Source: Candidatus Midichloria mitochondrii IricVA | GTDB lineage: Bacteria; Pseudomonadota; Alphaproteobacteria; Rickettsiales; Midichloriaceae | Direction of reading: 5' to 3' | NCBI RefSeq assembly: GCF_000219355.1 | Contig: NC_015722.1 | Coordinates: 390,001 to 422,000, forward strand | Length of the DNA stretch: 32,000 nucleotides | Part shown: positions 15,339 to 23,625 of the stretch, piece after piece | How positions within the stretch are numbered: position 1 is the first letter of the stretch | How the letters are laid out: every line of letters starts with the position of its first letter | Translations under genes and position numbers: made by a program | Notes under the pieces: model-generated | Told to the model about the DNA's origin: nothing | What the model saw: only the letters and a program-made list of their open reading frames with translations | Database searches by the model: none

Positions 15339-17719
15339 TGGGCTTTTGGTACTAATTCTCCTCGTGCCGGAGAATGAGCTAAAGGAGCATCAACTGGTAT
15401 AAGCTTACCTTCTAAAGCTATCCTTAGAGCTTCTTCCGCGCTTTCTAACGGAATAATATGCAAATCACCTTTAACTTTCTGTGGCATTTCTTCCAAATCT
15501 TTTAGGTTTTCTTTAGGAATCATCACAGTTTCAACCCCCCCTCTCAAGGCAGAAAGGAGCTTCTCCCTTAGTCCGCCGATACCAAGAACTCTTCCGTTCA
15601 GTGTTATTTCACCAGTTACAGCTATATCTTTAATTACAGGTATACCAGTTAGGGCGGAGACAATCGATATACAAATGGCAACTCCAGCTGATGGACCATC
15701 CTTGGGTGTTGCTCCTTCCGGAACATGTACGTGAATATCTTTCTCCTTAAATATTTCTGGATTGATGCCAAAATCTAAGGCTTTTGAGCGGATAAAGCTA
15801 AATGCTGCTTGTACTGATTCTCTCATTACATCCCCTAGCTTACCAGTAATTTTAATATCACCCTTCCCGTGGAATACTACAGCTTCTACTTCAAGAAGGT
15901 CGCCACCAAAGTCAGTGTAAGCTAAACCATTAGTGACTCCGATCCTGTTTTTAGCAGCAATTTCACCGTAAGTAAACCGAGGCGCTCCAAGAAAATCTTT
16001 TAGGTTCTTATTATTAACTAGCAGACATTTTTCTTTTTCTAGCAATATTCTTTTTATACACTTACGCATGATTTTAGCCAGATCTCTGTCAAGCTGTCTT
16101 ACTCCAGATTCTCGTGTGTAATAACGGATAATTGAGAGAATGGCTTCATTTTCTATAGAAACTTCCTTGCTTTTAACTCCGTGAGCGGATGACTGCTTAG
16201 GTAATAAATAATCTTGGGCAATACGCATTTTTTCATCTTCTGTGTAGCCAGATAAAGTTATAATCTCCAATCTATCTAATAACGGCCTTGGCAAATAAGT
16301 ACTATTTGCAGTTGCGATAAACATAACCTTCGAAAGGTCATAGTCGACTTCAAGGTAGTGATCATTAAAAGCAATATTTTGTTTTGGATCCAAAATTTCC
16401 AAAAGCGCAGAAGCTGGATCTCCTCTATGATCAAAGCTCATCTTGTCAATCTCATCAAGTAAGATTACTGGATTACTACTTTTAGCTTTTTTCATAGCTT
16501 GGATGATTTTTCCTGGCATAGCTCCAATGTAAGTCCTTCTATGTCCTTTGATTTCCGCTTCATCTCTTAGTCCTCCCAAAGAGATTTTAACGAAGGCACG
16601 TCCAGTAGCCTTGGCAATTGACTCAGCTAGAGATGTCTTACCGACCCCAGGAGGGCCTACAAAGCAGATAATTGGGCTTTTTAACTCTTGGGTTCTTAAA
16701 TTCACCGCTAAATATTCTAGGATACGCTCTTTAATCCTCTCAAGGCCATAGTGATCAGTGTCTAGAACGTCTTGTGCGGTTTTCAAATTTTTTTTCATTG
16801 GAGAGTAGGCCTGCCAAGGAAGTTCCGTAAGCCAATCGAGGTAATTTCTGATAACTGCGGCTTCAGATGACATTGAATTCATCATCTTAAGTTTTTTTAT
16901 CTCAGATTGGGCTTTTTCTTTAGCTTCCTTTGACATATGAGAGTGCTTAATCTTTTTTTCTAATTCGTTAAGCTCTTCTTTTTGATCATCGTCACCAAGC
17001 TCTCTATGGATGGCCTTTAACTGCTCATTTAGATAATAGTCTTTTTGATTTTTTTCGATCTGAGTTTTAACTCTTGCCTTGATTCTACTTTCGGTTTTTA
17101 ACATTTCGGTTTCCGAGTCTATCAAAAGCAAGGTTTTTTCAAGTCTCTTGGGCAATGAAGTGATAGACAAAAGATCCTGTTTTTTATCTACTGATAAAAT
17201 CATGTGAGCATTAACCGCATTGCAGAAATCTTCTAGTCTTTTAATCTGAGAAATATTATTCAATATTTCAGGATTAATTTTTTTGTTCATTTTTACGTAT
17301 TCTTCGAACCGTTCACCAACTGTTCGTCGTAGTGCTAGAACCTCTTTTGCTTCAGCATTATATTCCTCGTCTGGCATCAATATAGTGGAAGCAAGTAAAA
17401 TGCCCGAATTATTACTGAATTTTGTTACCTTTACTCTTTCGAGACCTTGGACAAAAATCTTAATGGTTGGTTCTTGAACTTTTGAAAACTGGAGTATTTT
17501 TGAGACCACCCCAATTTTATAGATTTCAGCTAGCTTTGGATTGTCATTTGCTGCGTCCCGTTGAGCAACTAACAGAATTTTACTCTGGGTGCCTGCTGCA
17601 TATTCAAGAGCTTTAATTGATTTTTCTCTACCAACAAAAAGGGGAACTATCATATCAGGAAACATGACTAAATCTCTTAATGGCAGCACTGGGTATTGAA
17701 CTTCTTGTAATAGTCCCAT
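15335..17719 (-). CDS. lon: ATP-dependent Lon protease
   Basis: 794 aa. LON N-domain (PVLPLRDLVMFP), Walker A GPPGVGKTS, Walker B ILLDEIDK, protease domain PKDGPSAG (catalytic Ser). AGGAAAG SD 8 nt before the ATG. Confidence 0.97.
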   Translation of the reverse strand: MGLLQEVQYPVLPLRDLVMFPDMIVPLFVGREKSIKALEYAAGTQSKILLVAQRDAANDNPKLAEIYKIGVVSKILQFSKVQEPTIKIFVQGLERVKVTKFSNNSGILLASTILMPDEEYNAEAKEVLALRRTVGERFEEYVKMNKKINPEILNNISQIKRLEDFCNAVNAHMILSVDKKQDLLSITSLPKRLEKTLLLIDSETEMLKTESRIKARVKTQIEKNQKDYYLNEQLKAIHRELGDDDQKEELNELEKKIKHSHMSKEAKEKAQSEIKKLKMMNSMSSEAAVIRNYLDWLTELPWQAYSPMKKNLKTAQDVLDTDHYGLERIKERILEYLAVNLRTQELKSPIICFVGPPGVGKTSLAESIAKATGRAFVKISLGGLRDEAEIKGHRRTYIGAMPGKIIQAMKKAKSSNPVILLDEIDKMSFDHRGDPASALLEILDPKQNIAFNDHYLEVDYDLSKVMFIATANSTYLPRPLLDRLEIITLSGYTEDEKMRIAQDYLLPKQSSAHGVKSKEVSIENEAILSIIRYYTRESGVRQLDRDLAKIMRKCIKRILLEKEKCLLVNNKNLKDFLGAPRFTYGEIAAKNRIGVTNGLAYTDFGGDLLEVEAVVFHGKGDIKITGKLGDVMRESVQAAFSFIRSKALDFGINPEIFKEKDIHVHVPEGATPKDGPSAGVAICISIVSALTGIPVIKDIAVTGEITLNGRVLGIGGLREKLLSALRGGVETVMIPKENLKDLEEMPQKVKGDLHIIPLESAEEALRIALEGKLIPVDAPLAHSPARGELVPKAH

Positions 17720-17754
17720 TTTTATAGCTTTCCTTATTATTGCTTTGAGCTATA

Positions 17755-17782
17755 ATATAGGTCTTAAGATGCATTTGACAAG
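17755..17782 (-). promoter_or_regulatory. Candidate RpoH (sigma-32)-type heat-shock promoter of lon
   Basis: The minus strand reads CTTG-tcaaatgcatcttaaga(17 nt)-CCTATAT. As I recall it, the alphaproteobacterial heat-shock promoter consensus is CTTG-N17/18-CYTATNT, which this matches. It lies about 35 nt upstream of the lon ATG. lon is a classical sigma-32 regulon member. Confidence 0.35.
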
Positions 17783-17856
17783 ATCTAGGCATTAGTTTTA
17801 TTTCTTGACAAGTTTTAGTTGTAAGGCAGTTTGTTATTACACACGGTTATTTTTAG

Positions 17857-18323
17857 ATGGTTTTGAGTAAGAATGGTGCACTTTTAGTATTTTTAATAGT
17901 AGCTATAAATTTCATTGCACATTTAAAGTTTTTATCAATGTTCAGTTTTTTACCAAGTATACCTCCAGCTTTGGTTTGGGTTATAGTTACCATAAAAAGA
18001 TCTAAAGTTGATTTGATAGCAATAATTCTGTGTGGAATAATACAAGATCTGTTTGAAGGAAATTATTCGATGATTACTTCTCTTTTTTATTTATCTTTAA
18101 TTGGAGTGAGATCCTTTAAACACAATTTTCTGCTTACCGAAGGTAAATTAATTTCTATGTCTTATTATGCTGCTTCTTTTTTTTGATGTTGATATTGAGA
18201 AGCTTATTCTTATCGGTTTTACAAAATCAAAAATTATATTTGGGGCAATCCGTTAAAATATCTTTTATTGCTGTTATCATATACTGTTTTGGGTACATCT
18301 TTTTTAGCTATAGAAACAAATGA
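17857..18323 (+). CDS. mreD: Rod shape-determining protein MreD, interrupted by a 1-nt frame change in a T8 run (17857..18186 plus a frame-3 continuation to 18323)
   Basis: A small polytopic membrane protein directly upstream of mrdA with an MreD-like core (LIAIILCGIIQDLFEG...SLFYLSLIG). The ORF stops at 18184-18186 just after T8 (18177-18184). The next frame is open from 18183 and reads LMLILRSLFLSVLQNQKLYLGQSVKISFIAVIIYCFGYIFFSYRNK, ending in TGA at 18321-18323, which overlaps the mrdA ATG (ATGA). The combined length of about 155 aa fits MreD. Confidence 0.6.
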
Positions 18324-20140
18324 GAAGCCAAAGAGAAAAGAATAAGATTTTCACTCGCCGTGCCTTCTTGCTTGGTATGGGGAAACTTGCTTTATTTTCT
18401 GCACTAGCTTCTAGATTCGGTTATTTACAAATTATTTCTAATTCTAAATACCGTGCTATGGCTGAGAATAATAGCATAAAAATTGTTATTATCCCTCCGC
18501 TGCGTGGGTTATTACTCGATAGGAATGGGGTTATAATTGCTGATAATCAATTTAATTATAGTCTGGTGTTGCTTAGTCCCTTTAAGCAAGAAGCTGAAAA
18601 AATTGTACAGGATTTGAATAAAATATTGGGATATGAAACTGGTATTTCGAGAATTGGGGTAAAAAAGGCGTTACGGGCTGCCGGTAAAAATAACCAAATC
18701 ATGATCCAAGATAACTTATCATGGCTTGATATAGCTAAAATAGAGGTTCGTACCGACTTATACGGAGTTGAAATAATAAAAAGCCATAAACGCAGGTATA
18801 TTTTAAGTGAGATGATTTCACATGTTACTGGATACATATCAAAACCGAGTATTGAAGAAGCAGAGCGATCTTCCATACCTCATTATCAAGAATTCTTAAT
18901 CGGTAAAAATGGCGTTGAAAGAAGCTTAAATAATCTTTTATTAGGAAGCCCAGGAGCTAGGAAGATAGAGGTAAATGCTGGTGGAAAATTCATGCGAGAA
19001 CTTATATATAATCCTCCATCTCGTGGTATCACTACTAAACTCTCTATAGATACAAATTTACAGAAAATTGTTGCTAAAAACCTTGCTTCTCTCCATGGGA
19101 GCGTAGTTATAATGAACGCTAATAATGGCGAGATTCTTGCTATGCATTCAACCCCTGCTTATGATCCTAACAAGTTTGTAGGCGGAGTACAGCTTAATTA
19201 TTGGAATCAACTCAAACTTAATGAAGGCAAACCTTTAATTAACAAAAGTATATCGAATTATTATCCGCCTGGTTCGATCTTTAAAATAGTTACGGCATTG
19301 GCAATCTTGGATGCAGGAATTGATCCCACAAGAAAAATTCTTTGTACAGGTGAGCATCAGGTTGGAAATAGGATGTTTAGATGTAACAGGAAAGAGGGAC
19401 ACGGGTGGGTTGACTTACACAATGCAATAGCCAAATCGTGCAATGTATATTTTTACACCTTTGGACTAGCAGCGGGTATTGATACAATAGTAGAAACAGC
19501 CACTAAATTAGGATTTAATCAAAAAACTAATGTAGAATTGCCCTTTGAAAATCCAGGACTTTTACCTACAAATAATTGGATTGAAAGAAAACTGAAAAAT
19601 AGGTGGGGGGCTGGGGACACGATCAATGCAACGATTGGACAAGGATATATATTGATAACTCCTCTACAATTGGCTGCAGCCTTAGCAAAAATTGCTACCG
19701 GCTTGAAAGTAATACCAACTATTTTATCTTCCTCTAAAAGTTTCTCTACCGAGCTATTAGGTTTGCCAGAAGAGCATTTACGGTTGGTTAGAGCAGGCTT
19801 GCACGATGTTTTTAACAATCCAGGAGGTACAGGATACCGAAGGAGATTTACGGATAAGAAGTATGCATTAGCTGGGAAAACTGGGACGGCTCAAGTTGTG
19901 GCTCAGGCCAAAAGAAATCAAGTGTTGCAATATAAAATTAGAGATCACGGTTTATTTGCAGGCTACATCTCTACAAGTGACAAAAAATTATATGCGATAT
20001 CGGTTGTAGCTGAACATTCAGGGTGGGGTTCTGCAAGTGCGTTACCTATTGCGACCAATATCATGAGAGAATATTTAGCTATGGCTGCTACTCAAGTTGA
20101 AGAAGAGGATATTGACGATGATTTAATACAGGATGATTAA
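18320..20140 (+). CDS. mrdA: Penicillin-binding protein 2 (peptidoglycan D,D-transpeptidase MrdA)
   Basis: N-terminal TM segment and a PBP dimerisation domain. Transpeptidase motifs SIFK (SxxK), SCN (SxN) and KTGTA (KTG). Acidic C-terminal tail. Confidence 0.93.
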   Translation: MRSQREKNKIFTRRAFLLGMGKLALFSALASRFGYLQIISNSKYRAMAENNSIKIVIIPPLRGLLLDRNGVIIADNQFNYSLVLLSPFKQEAEKIVQDLNKILGYETGISRIGVKKALRAAGKNNQIMIQDNLSWLDIAKIEVRTDLYGVEIIKSHKRRYILSEMISHVTGYISKPSIEEAERSSIPHYQEFLIGKNGVERSLNNLLLGSPGARKIEVNAGGKFMRELIYNPPSRGITTKLSIDTNLQKIVAKNLASLHGSVVIMNANNGEILAMHSTPAYDPNKFVGGVQLNYWNQLKLNEGKPLINKSISNYYPPGSIFKIVTALAILDAGIDPTRKILCTGEHQVGNRMFRCNRKEGHGWVDLHNAIAKSCNVYFYTFGLAAGIDTIVETATKLGFNQKTNVELPFENPGLLPTNNWIERKLKNRWGAGDTINATIGQGYILITPLQLAAALAKIATGLKVIPTILSSSKSFSTELLGLPEEHLRLVRAGLHDVFNNPGGTGYRRRFTDKKYALAGKTGTAQVVAQAKRNQVLQYKIRDHGLFAGYISTSDKKLYAISVVAEHSGWGSASALPIATNIMREYLAMAATQVEEEDIDDDLIQDD

Positions 20141-20247
20141 ATCCTGTAGATTTGAGATGTATCTATATTATCTGAATTTTGCTAGACTTTTATCTGTGTA
20201 CCTGTATATCGTCCTACAGTGATTGATGGATTGCGCAGGAGAAAGAT

Positions 20248-22056
20248 ATGACTAAGCATAAATTTTCAATAGGACACTCTGATTTCAAAAAAATGGTCAT
20301 CAGTTATGAGTACTTTATAGATAAGACTTTATTTATTCAGAGGTATTAGAGATAGTGATGAGGCGGCTATTCTACTTACTAGACCCCGCGCAGATGGGGG
20401 AAGACCCTTTAATATGGATATGCTAAAAACCTTCTTGGAAATTAAAGTTGGTAAAGAGGGCATCCCATTGGATGAAAATCCTAATAGGGGGGGGGATTAT
20501 TTGAAGGTGGAAAGTACATTTTTGAATCAGGAGAGGAAAAAGTAGCTAGAACCACTTTATATTGCTAAAGCAGATGGTGGACTTTATATGGAAGAGCAGG
20601 GCCAGCATCCGGTTATCTTTATCATTTTTGGGGATATTTGCCTTATATTAACTCTATAGAAGATTTGATAAATGCACTCAAAGTCAAGATAACTGAACTA
20701 TTTAGGGAATATAATTATTTAAACTATAGTAGAAAAATAGAATCGTACTTCAAAGAAGATTTTAATGAATATATTAGTGGCAATATTACAAAAGAAGCAC
20801 TAAAAAATAGTCTAGAATTTTTAAGCCACTTATTACATGTACACAATGAGAAGAACTCTTATATCTTAATAGATGAATATGACAAACCTGTGAATATGCT
20901 TCTTGAATTAAGTCCAATAAATCATAATCTGTTAAAAGAGGCAGTGGAATTAATAACCTCAATTTTAGCAGCAGCTGGCAAAGATAATCGTTACAGAGAA
21001 AAGCTCATCTTAACAGGAATTTTTGATACCTTAAAAAGAGAAAGCGATTCGGGCTTTAACCAATGTGAGTATTTATGGAATAGTAAACCTAATTTTGGCC
21101 GTAGCTTTGGTTTTTCAGGAGAAGAGGTAAGGAATTTAGTGGCAAAGCTTATGCTTGGGGATAAAGAGAACTCGGTAAATGAAAATATTAGGGCTGGTAT
21201 AATGGATATAGACTGCAGCTAGTTGGTTCCGTAGCTTCGAATGTTTATAACCTCTGGGGCTTGTAACTAAATATTTGAATGAAGTTGTACAAAATAGGTT
21301 TGAACCAGGAAATTATTGGGTAAAAAGTGGTGCGAGCATTATGTTGGAAAAATTACTATGCTATATTACTAGCAAAAATATGCAGCAGTCGCTCTGGGCC
21401 TTGATAGGAGGCAAAGAAGAAAGATTAGAACTTGAAAAAATGATGCTAATTTATTGAGGTATTATGATTATGCGCCTAAAACTATCCAAAAATCTCTTGC
21501 ATATTTGTTATTACATTCTGGATGTTTGACTGTAAAACGAACAGAGAAGGCTACTTCTTTAAGAGACCAAATTATGAAGTAAAGGCAGAATTTACTCGTG
21601 TTGTTGGCGCAGTATTAGAAAATTTAGAAAAGACTGGTTTACCTTGTAACTCACACGCTATTGATATAAATGGTTGTGGTAATTTTATAGTTAAAACTGC
21701 AGATAAATTTATTCAAAAACCACCCACTAAAACAGTCAATCCACCATATTATCAACCATGATCTTGATGGATTAGAGAAATTATTTAATTCTAAAATATT
21801 ATTAAAATGTGAAAGCAGTATTGCCAATTTTAGCCTACTTCATATAGGAGCTATTGCAGGCACCTCGATATCTTTAAAAAATTATTGTCATATTGGTATC
21901 CACGCTCCCGCATTATTATCTTCTCAAGATAAACTAGTGAAGTTAAAGGTAATTGATTATGCTTATTTATCTAAAAATAAACAGATTATTGATACAAGAA
22001 TGGTCGAAGAGATAGAGGTTCAGCTGGCCAAGTTGGCAAGAGACTTTGGTATGTAA
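20248..22056 (+). pseudogene. Decayed gene of the predicted AAA-ATPase / PD-(D/E)XK nuclease family (Pfam AAA-ATPase_like + PDDEXK_9 type), many frameshifts and stops
   Basis: Pieces in different frames follow the family order: MTKHKFSIGHSDFKKMVISYEYFIDKTLFIQ; SDEAAILLTRPRADGGRPFNMDMLKTFLEI (the RRFGKT P-loop region is scrambled); QHPVIFIIFGDI; YILIDEYDKPVN; LILTGIFDTLKRESDSGFN; FGFSGEEVRNL; YNLWGL..NYWVKSGAS; LLHSGCLTV..RPNYEVKAEF. The ORF-track entries 20638..21222, 21275..21457 and 21522..21761 are fragments of it. The 3' limit is approximate. Confidence 0.6.
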
Positions 22057-22061
22057 ACCAG

Positions 22062-22376
22062 TTGGATTGCTTTATATTGGCTATAAATTTATTAGCAGTT
22101 TCAGCCCTTACCGCTAGCACTAAATTCTGGCTTGATTCATGGAAGAAAGCCTTACAAGTGTTTATTGGTCTTTTCGTTAGTGATCTCGCACTTAATATTG
22201 CTAAAGAAATTGCTAAATATGTAGGCAATGATAAGTTTCGGCTATGCTATGACTATGATAATTATGAAAAAATCAATTTATCCTCTTTCAGATTGCTTAA
22301 ACAGTTTGAGAAGTATCTCCTGCTAAATAAGGAGGCCCCCCATACAGTAATCAATAGTAAATGCGCAGCGGGGTGA
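22062..22376 (+). CDS. Hypothetical 104-aa ORF (doubtful)
   Basis: ORF only, with a TTG start, no motif and no SD. It overlaps an equally unsupported antisense ORF (21986..22228) and lies in the decaying region between mrdA and fliP. Confidence 0.15.
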   Translation: MDCFILAINLLAVSALTASTKFWLDSWKKALQVFIGLFVSDLALNIAKEIAKYVGNDKFRLCYDYDNYEKINLSSFRLLKQFEKYLLLNKEAPHTVINSKCAAG

Positions 22377-22518
22377 AGTGCAGGTTGGCAGTGTGCAGCT
22401 CCGATTATTACCTATGATGATTATTATTATGAAACTGAGAATTATGTATGATGAAGTTATCTATTTTTATTTATGTGACCAAGGTTATCTAGCAGCGTTC
22501 AGGAGTTATAATTCTTGC

Positions 22519-23262
22519 CTATAGACCATAGCTTTTAACTAAGCTACCGCAAAGCATATACCAACCATCAATAAGTACAAAAAAGATAATCTTGAAGGGT
22601 AATGAGATAACTACAGGAGGCAACATCATCATACCCATAGCCATGAGAATAGATGAAACTAGCATATCGATTACTAAAAAAGGTAAGAATATAAGAAAGC
22701 CAATTTCAAAAGCTTTTTTAAGCTCGCTAATCATAAATGCAGGGATCAATACATGTAGTGGTATGTTTTCCTTTAAGGCTTCTTCGGCTTCCAGTCGAGC
22801 CATATTAGAGAATAGTGATAAATCTTTTTCTCTTACATTATCTAACATAAAATCACGGAAAGGATTAGTTATATTTTGTAATGCTGCTGCTTCTTTAATT
22901 GTATTTTGCATTAACGGATAAAGGCCATTCTCATACGCTTTTTCAAAAGTTGGAGCCATAATAAAGAAGGTTAAAAATAGCGCTAGGCTTATAATGACAG
23001 GATTAGGAGGGGTCTGCTGTAAACCAACCGCCGTTCTGACAAAAGACAGTACTACAGAAATTTTGGTAAAAGAGGTAACCATTATTAATATTGATGGTGC
23101 AATACTCAATATGGTAATCAAGCCTATAAGCTGAATTATTTTGGCGCTCATTAAATCGCTCTTACCTAAATCGATAGTCAAGGACTGAGCATGACTATAT
23201 GTTCCTTCAAGCAATAAAGTTAAGAAGATAGCAAGCGTTAGCAACAATGTTTTAGCTTTCAT
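22519..23262 (-). CDS. fliP: Flagellar type III export gate protein FliP
   Basis: Signal peptide followed by conserved FliP blocks: SIAPSILIMVTSFTKISVVLSFVR.A.G.QQTPPN.V...LALFLTFFIMAP, and GMMMLPPVVISLPFKIIFFVLIDGW. Appears intact. Confidence 0.92.
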   Translation of the reverse strand: MKAKTLLLTLAIFLTLLLEGTYSHAQSLTIDLGKSDLMSAKIIQLIGLITILSIAPSILIMVTSFTKISVVLSFVRTAVGLQQTPPNPVIISLALFLTFFIMAPTFEKAYENGLYPLMQNTIKEAAALQNITNPFRDFMLDNVREKDLSLFSNMARLEAEEALKENIPLHVLIPAFMISELKKAFEIGFLIFLPFLVIDMLVSSILMAMGMMMLPPVVISLPFKIIFFVLIDGWYMLCGSLVKSYGL

Positions 23263-23506
23263 TTATTGTATCTATAAGCAGGTTATTATTTTCACTTAAA
23301 AGCAAAACGTATTTACTCTTTTTACGTTTTATTAAAGCTATTTTATTTTTGTTATCAACTAAAAGTATTTCTTGAATAAAAATTTCTCTTTTAGATTTTT
23401 TCATGCTAGTCGCTTGGACATACTTTATTATTAGTCCTATACATATAATCAATGCGATAATAGCTATAAATGAAAAAAAAGCTTTGATGTATAAATCAAA
23501 TTCCAT
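23252..23506 (-). CDS. fliO: Flagellar biosynthesis protein FliO (short form)
   Basis: 84 aa. One N-terminal TM helix (FFSFIAIIALIICIGLIIKYV), then a FliO-like block (IFIQEILLVDNKNKIALIKRKKSKYVLLLSENNNLLI). It overlaps the fliP start by 11 nt, the usual fliO-fliP arrangement. Confidence 0.55.
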   Translation of the reverse strand: MEFDLYIKAFFSFIAIIALIICIGLIIKYVQATSMKKSKREIFIQEILLVDNKNKIALIKRKKSKYVLLLSENNNLLIDTINES

Positions 23507-23529
23507 AATTATCGTATCTATTATTGAAA

Positions 23530-23538
23530 ATTATACCA
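23530..23538 (-). promoter_or_regulatory. Candidate extended -10 promoter (TGGTATAAT) for fliO-fliP
   Basis: The minus strand reads TGGTATAAT, ending 23 nt upstream of the fliO ATG. No good -35 element. Chance occurrence is plausible in AT-rich DNA. Confidence 0.25.
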
Positions 23539-23625
23539 ATTCCTCGCCGCACAAAGAGTAAGGAACAGGCGCATAGGCAATACCTGAGCTTTGAGAGACG
23601 AGGTGAGGTCGTTAAAAGGGATTCA

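Noticed and set aside
21986-22228. 80-aa minus-strand ORF downstream of fliP, examined as a possible fliQ
   Set aside because: The sequence (MPTYLAISLAILSARSLTKRPINTCK…) has none of the FliQ hallmarks and is not contiguous with fliP. It also overlaps an equally unsupported + strand ORF.
22592-22921. 109-aa ORF antisense to fliP
   Set aside because: Shadow ORF inside the highly conserved fliP coding sequence.
23540-23615. Relatively GC-rich patch in the virD4-fliO spacer, examined as a possible terminator or small structured RNA
   Set aside because: I found only an imperfect 5-7 bp pairing (CCTCG.../...CGAGG) enclosing a loop of about 50 nt, with no U-tract. That is not enough to call a terminator or ncRNA by eye. 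A covariance-model scan would be needed.
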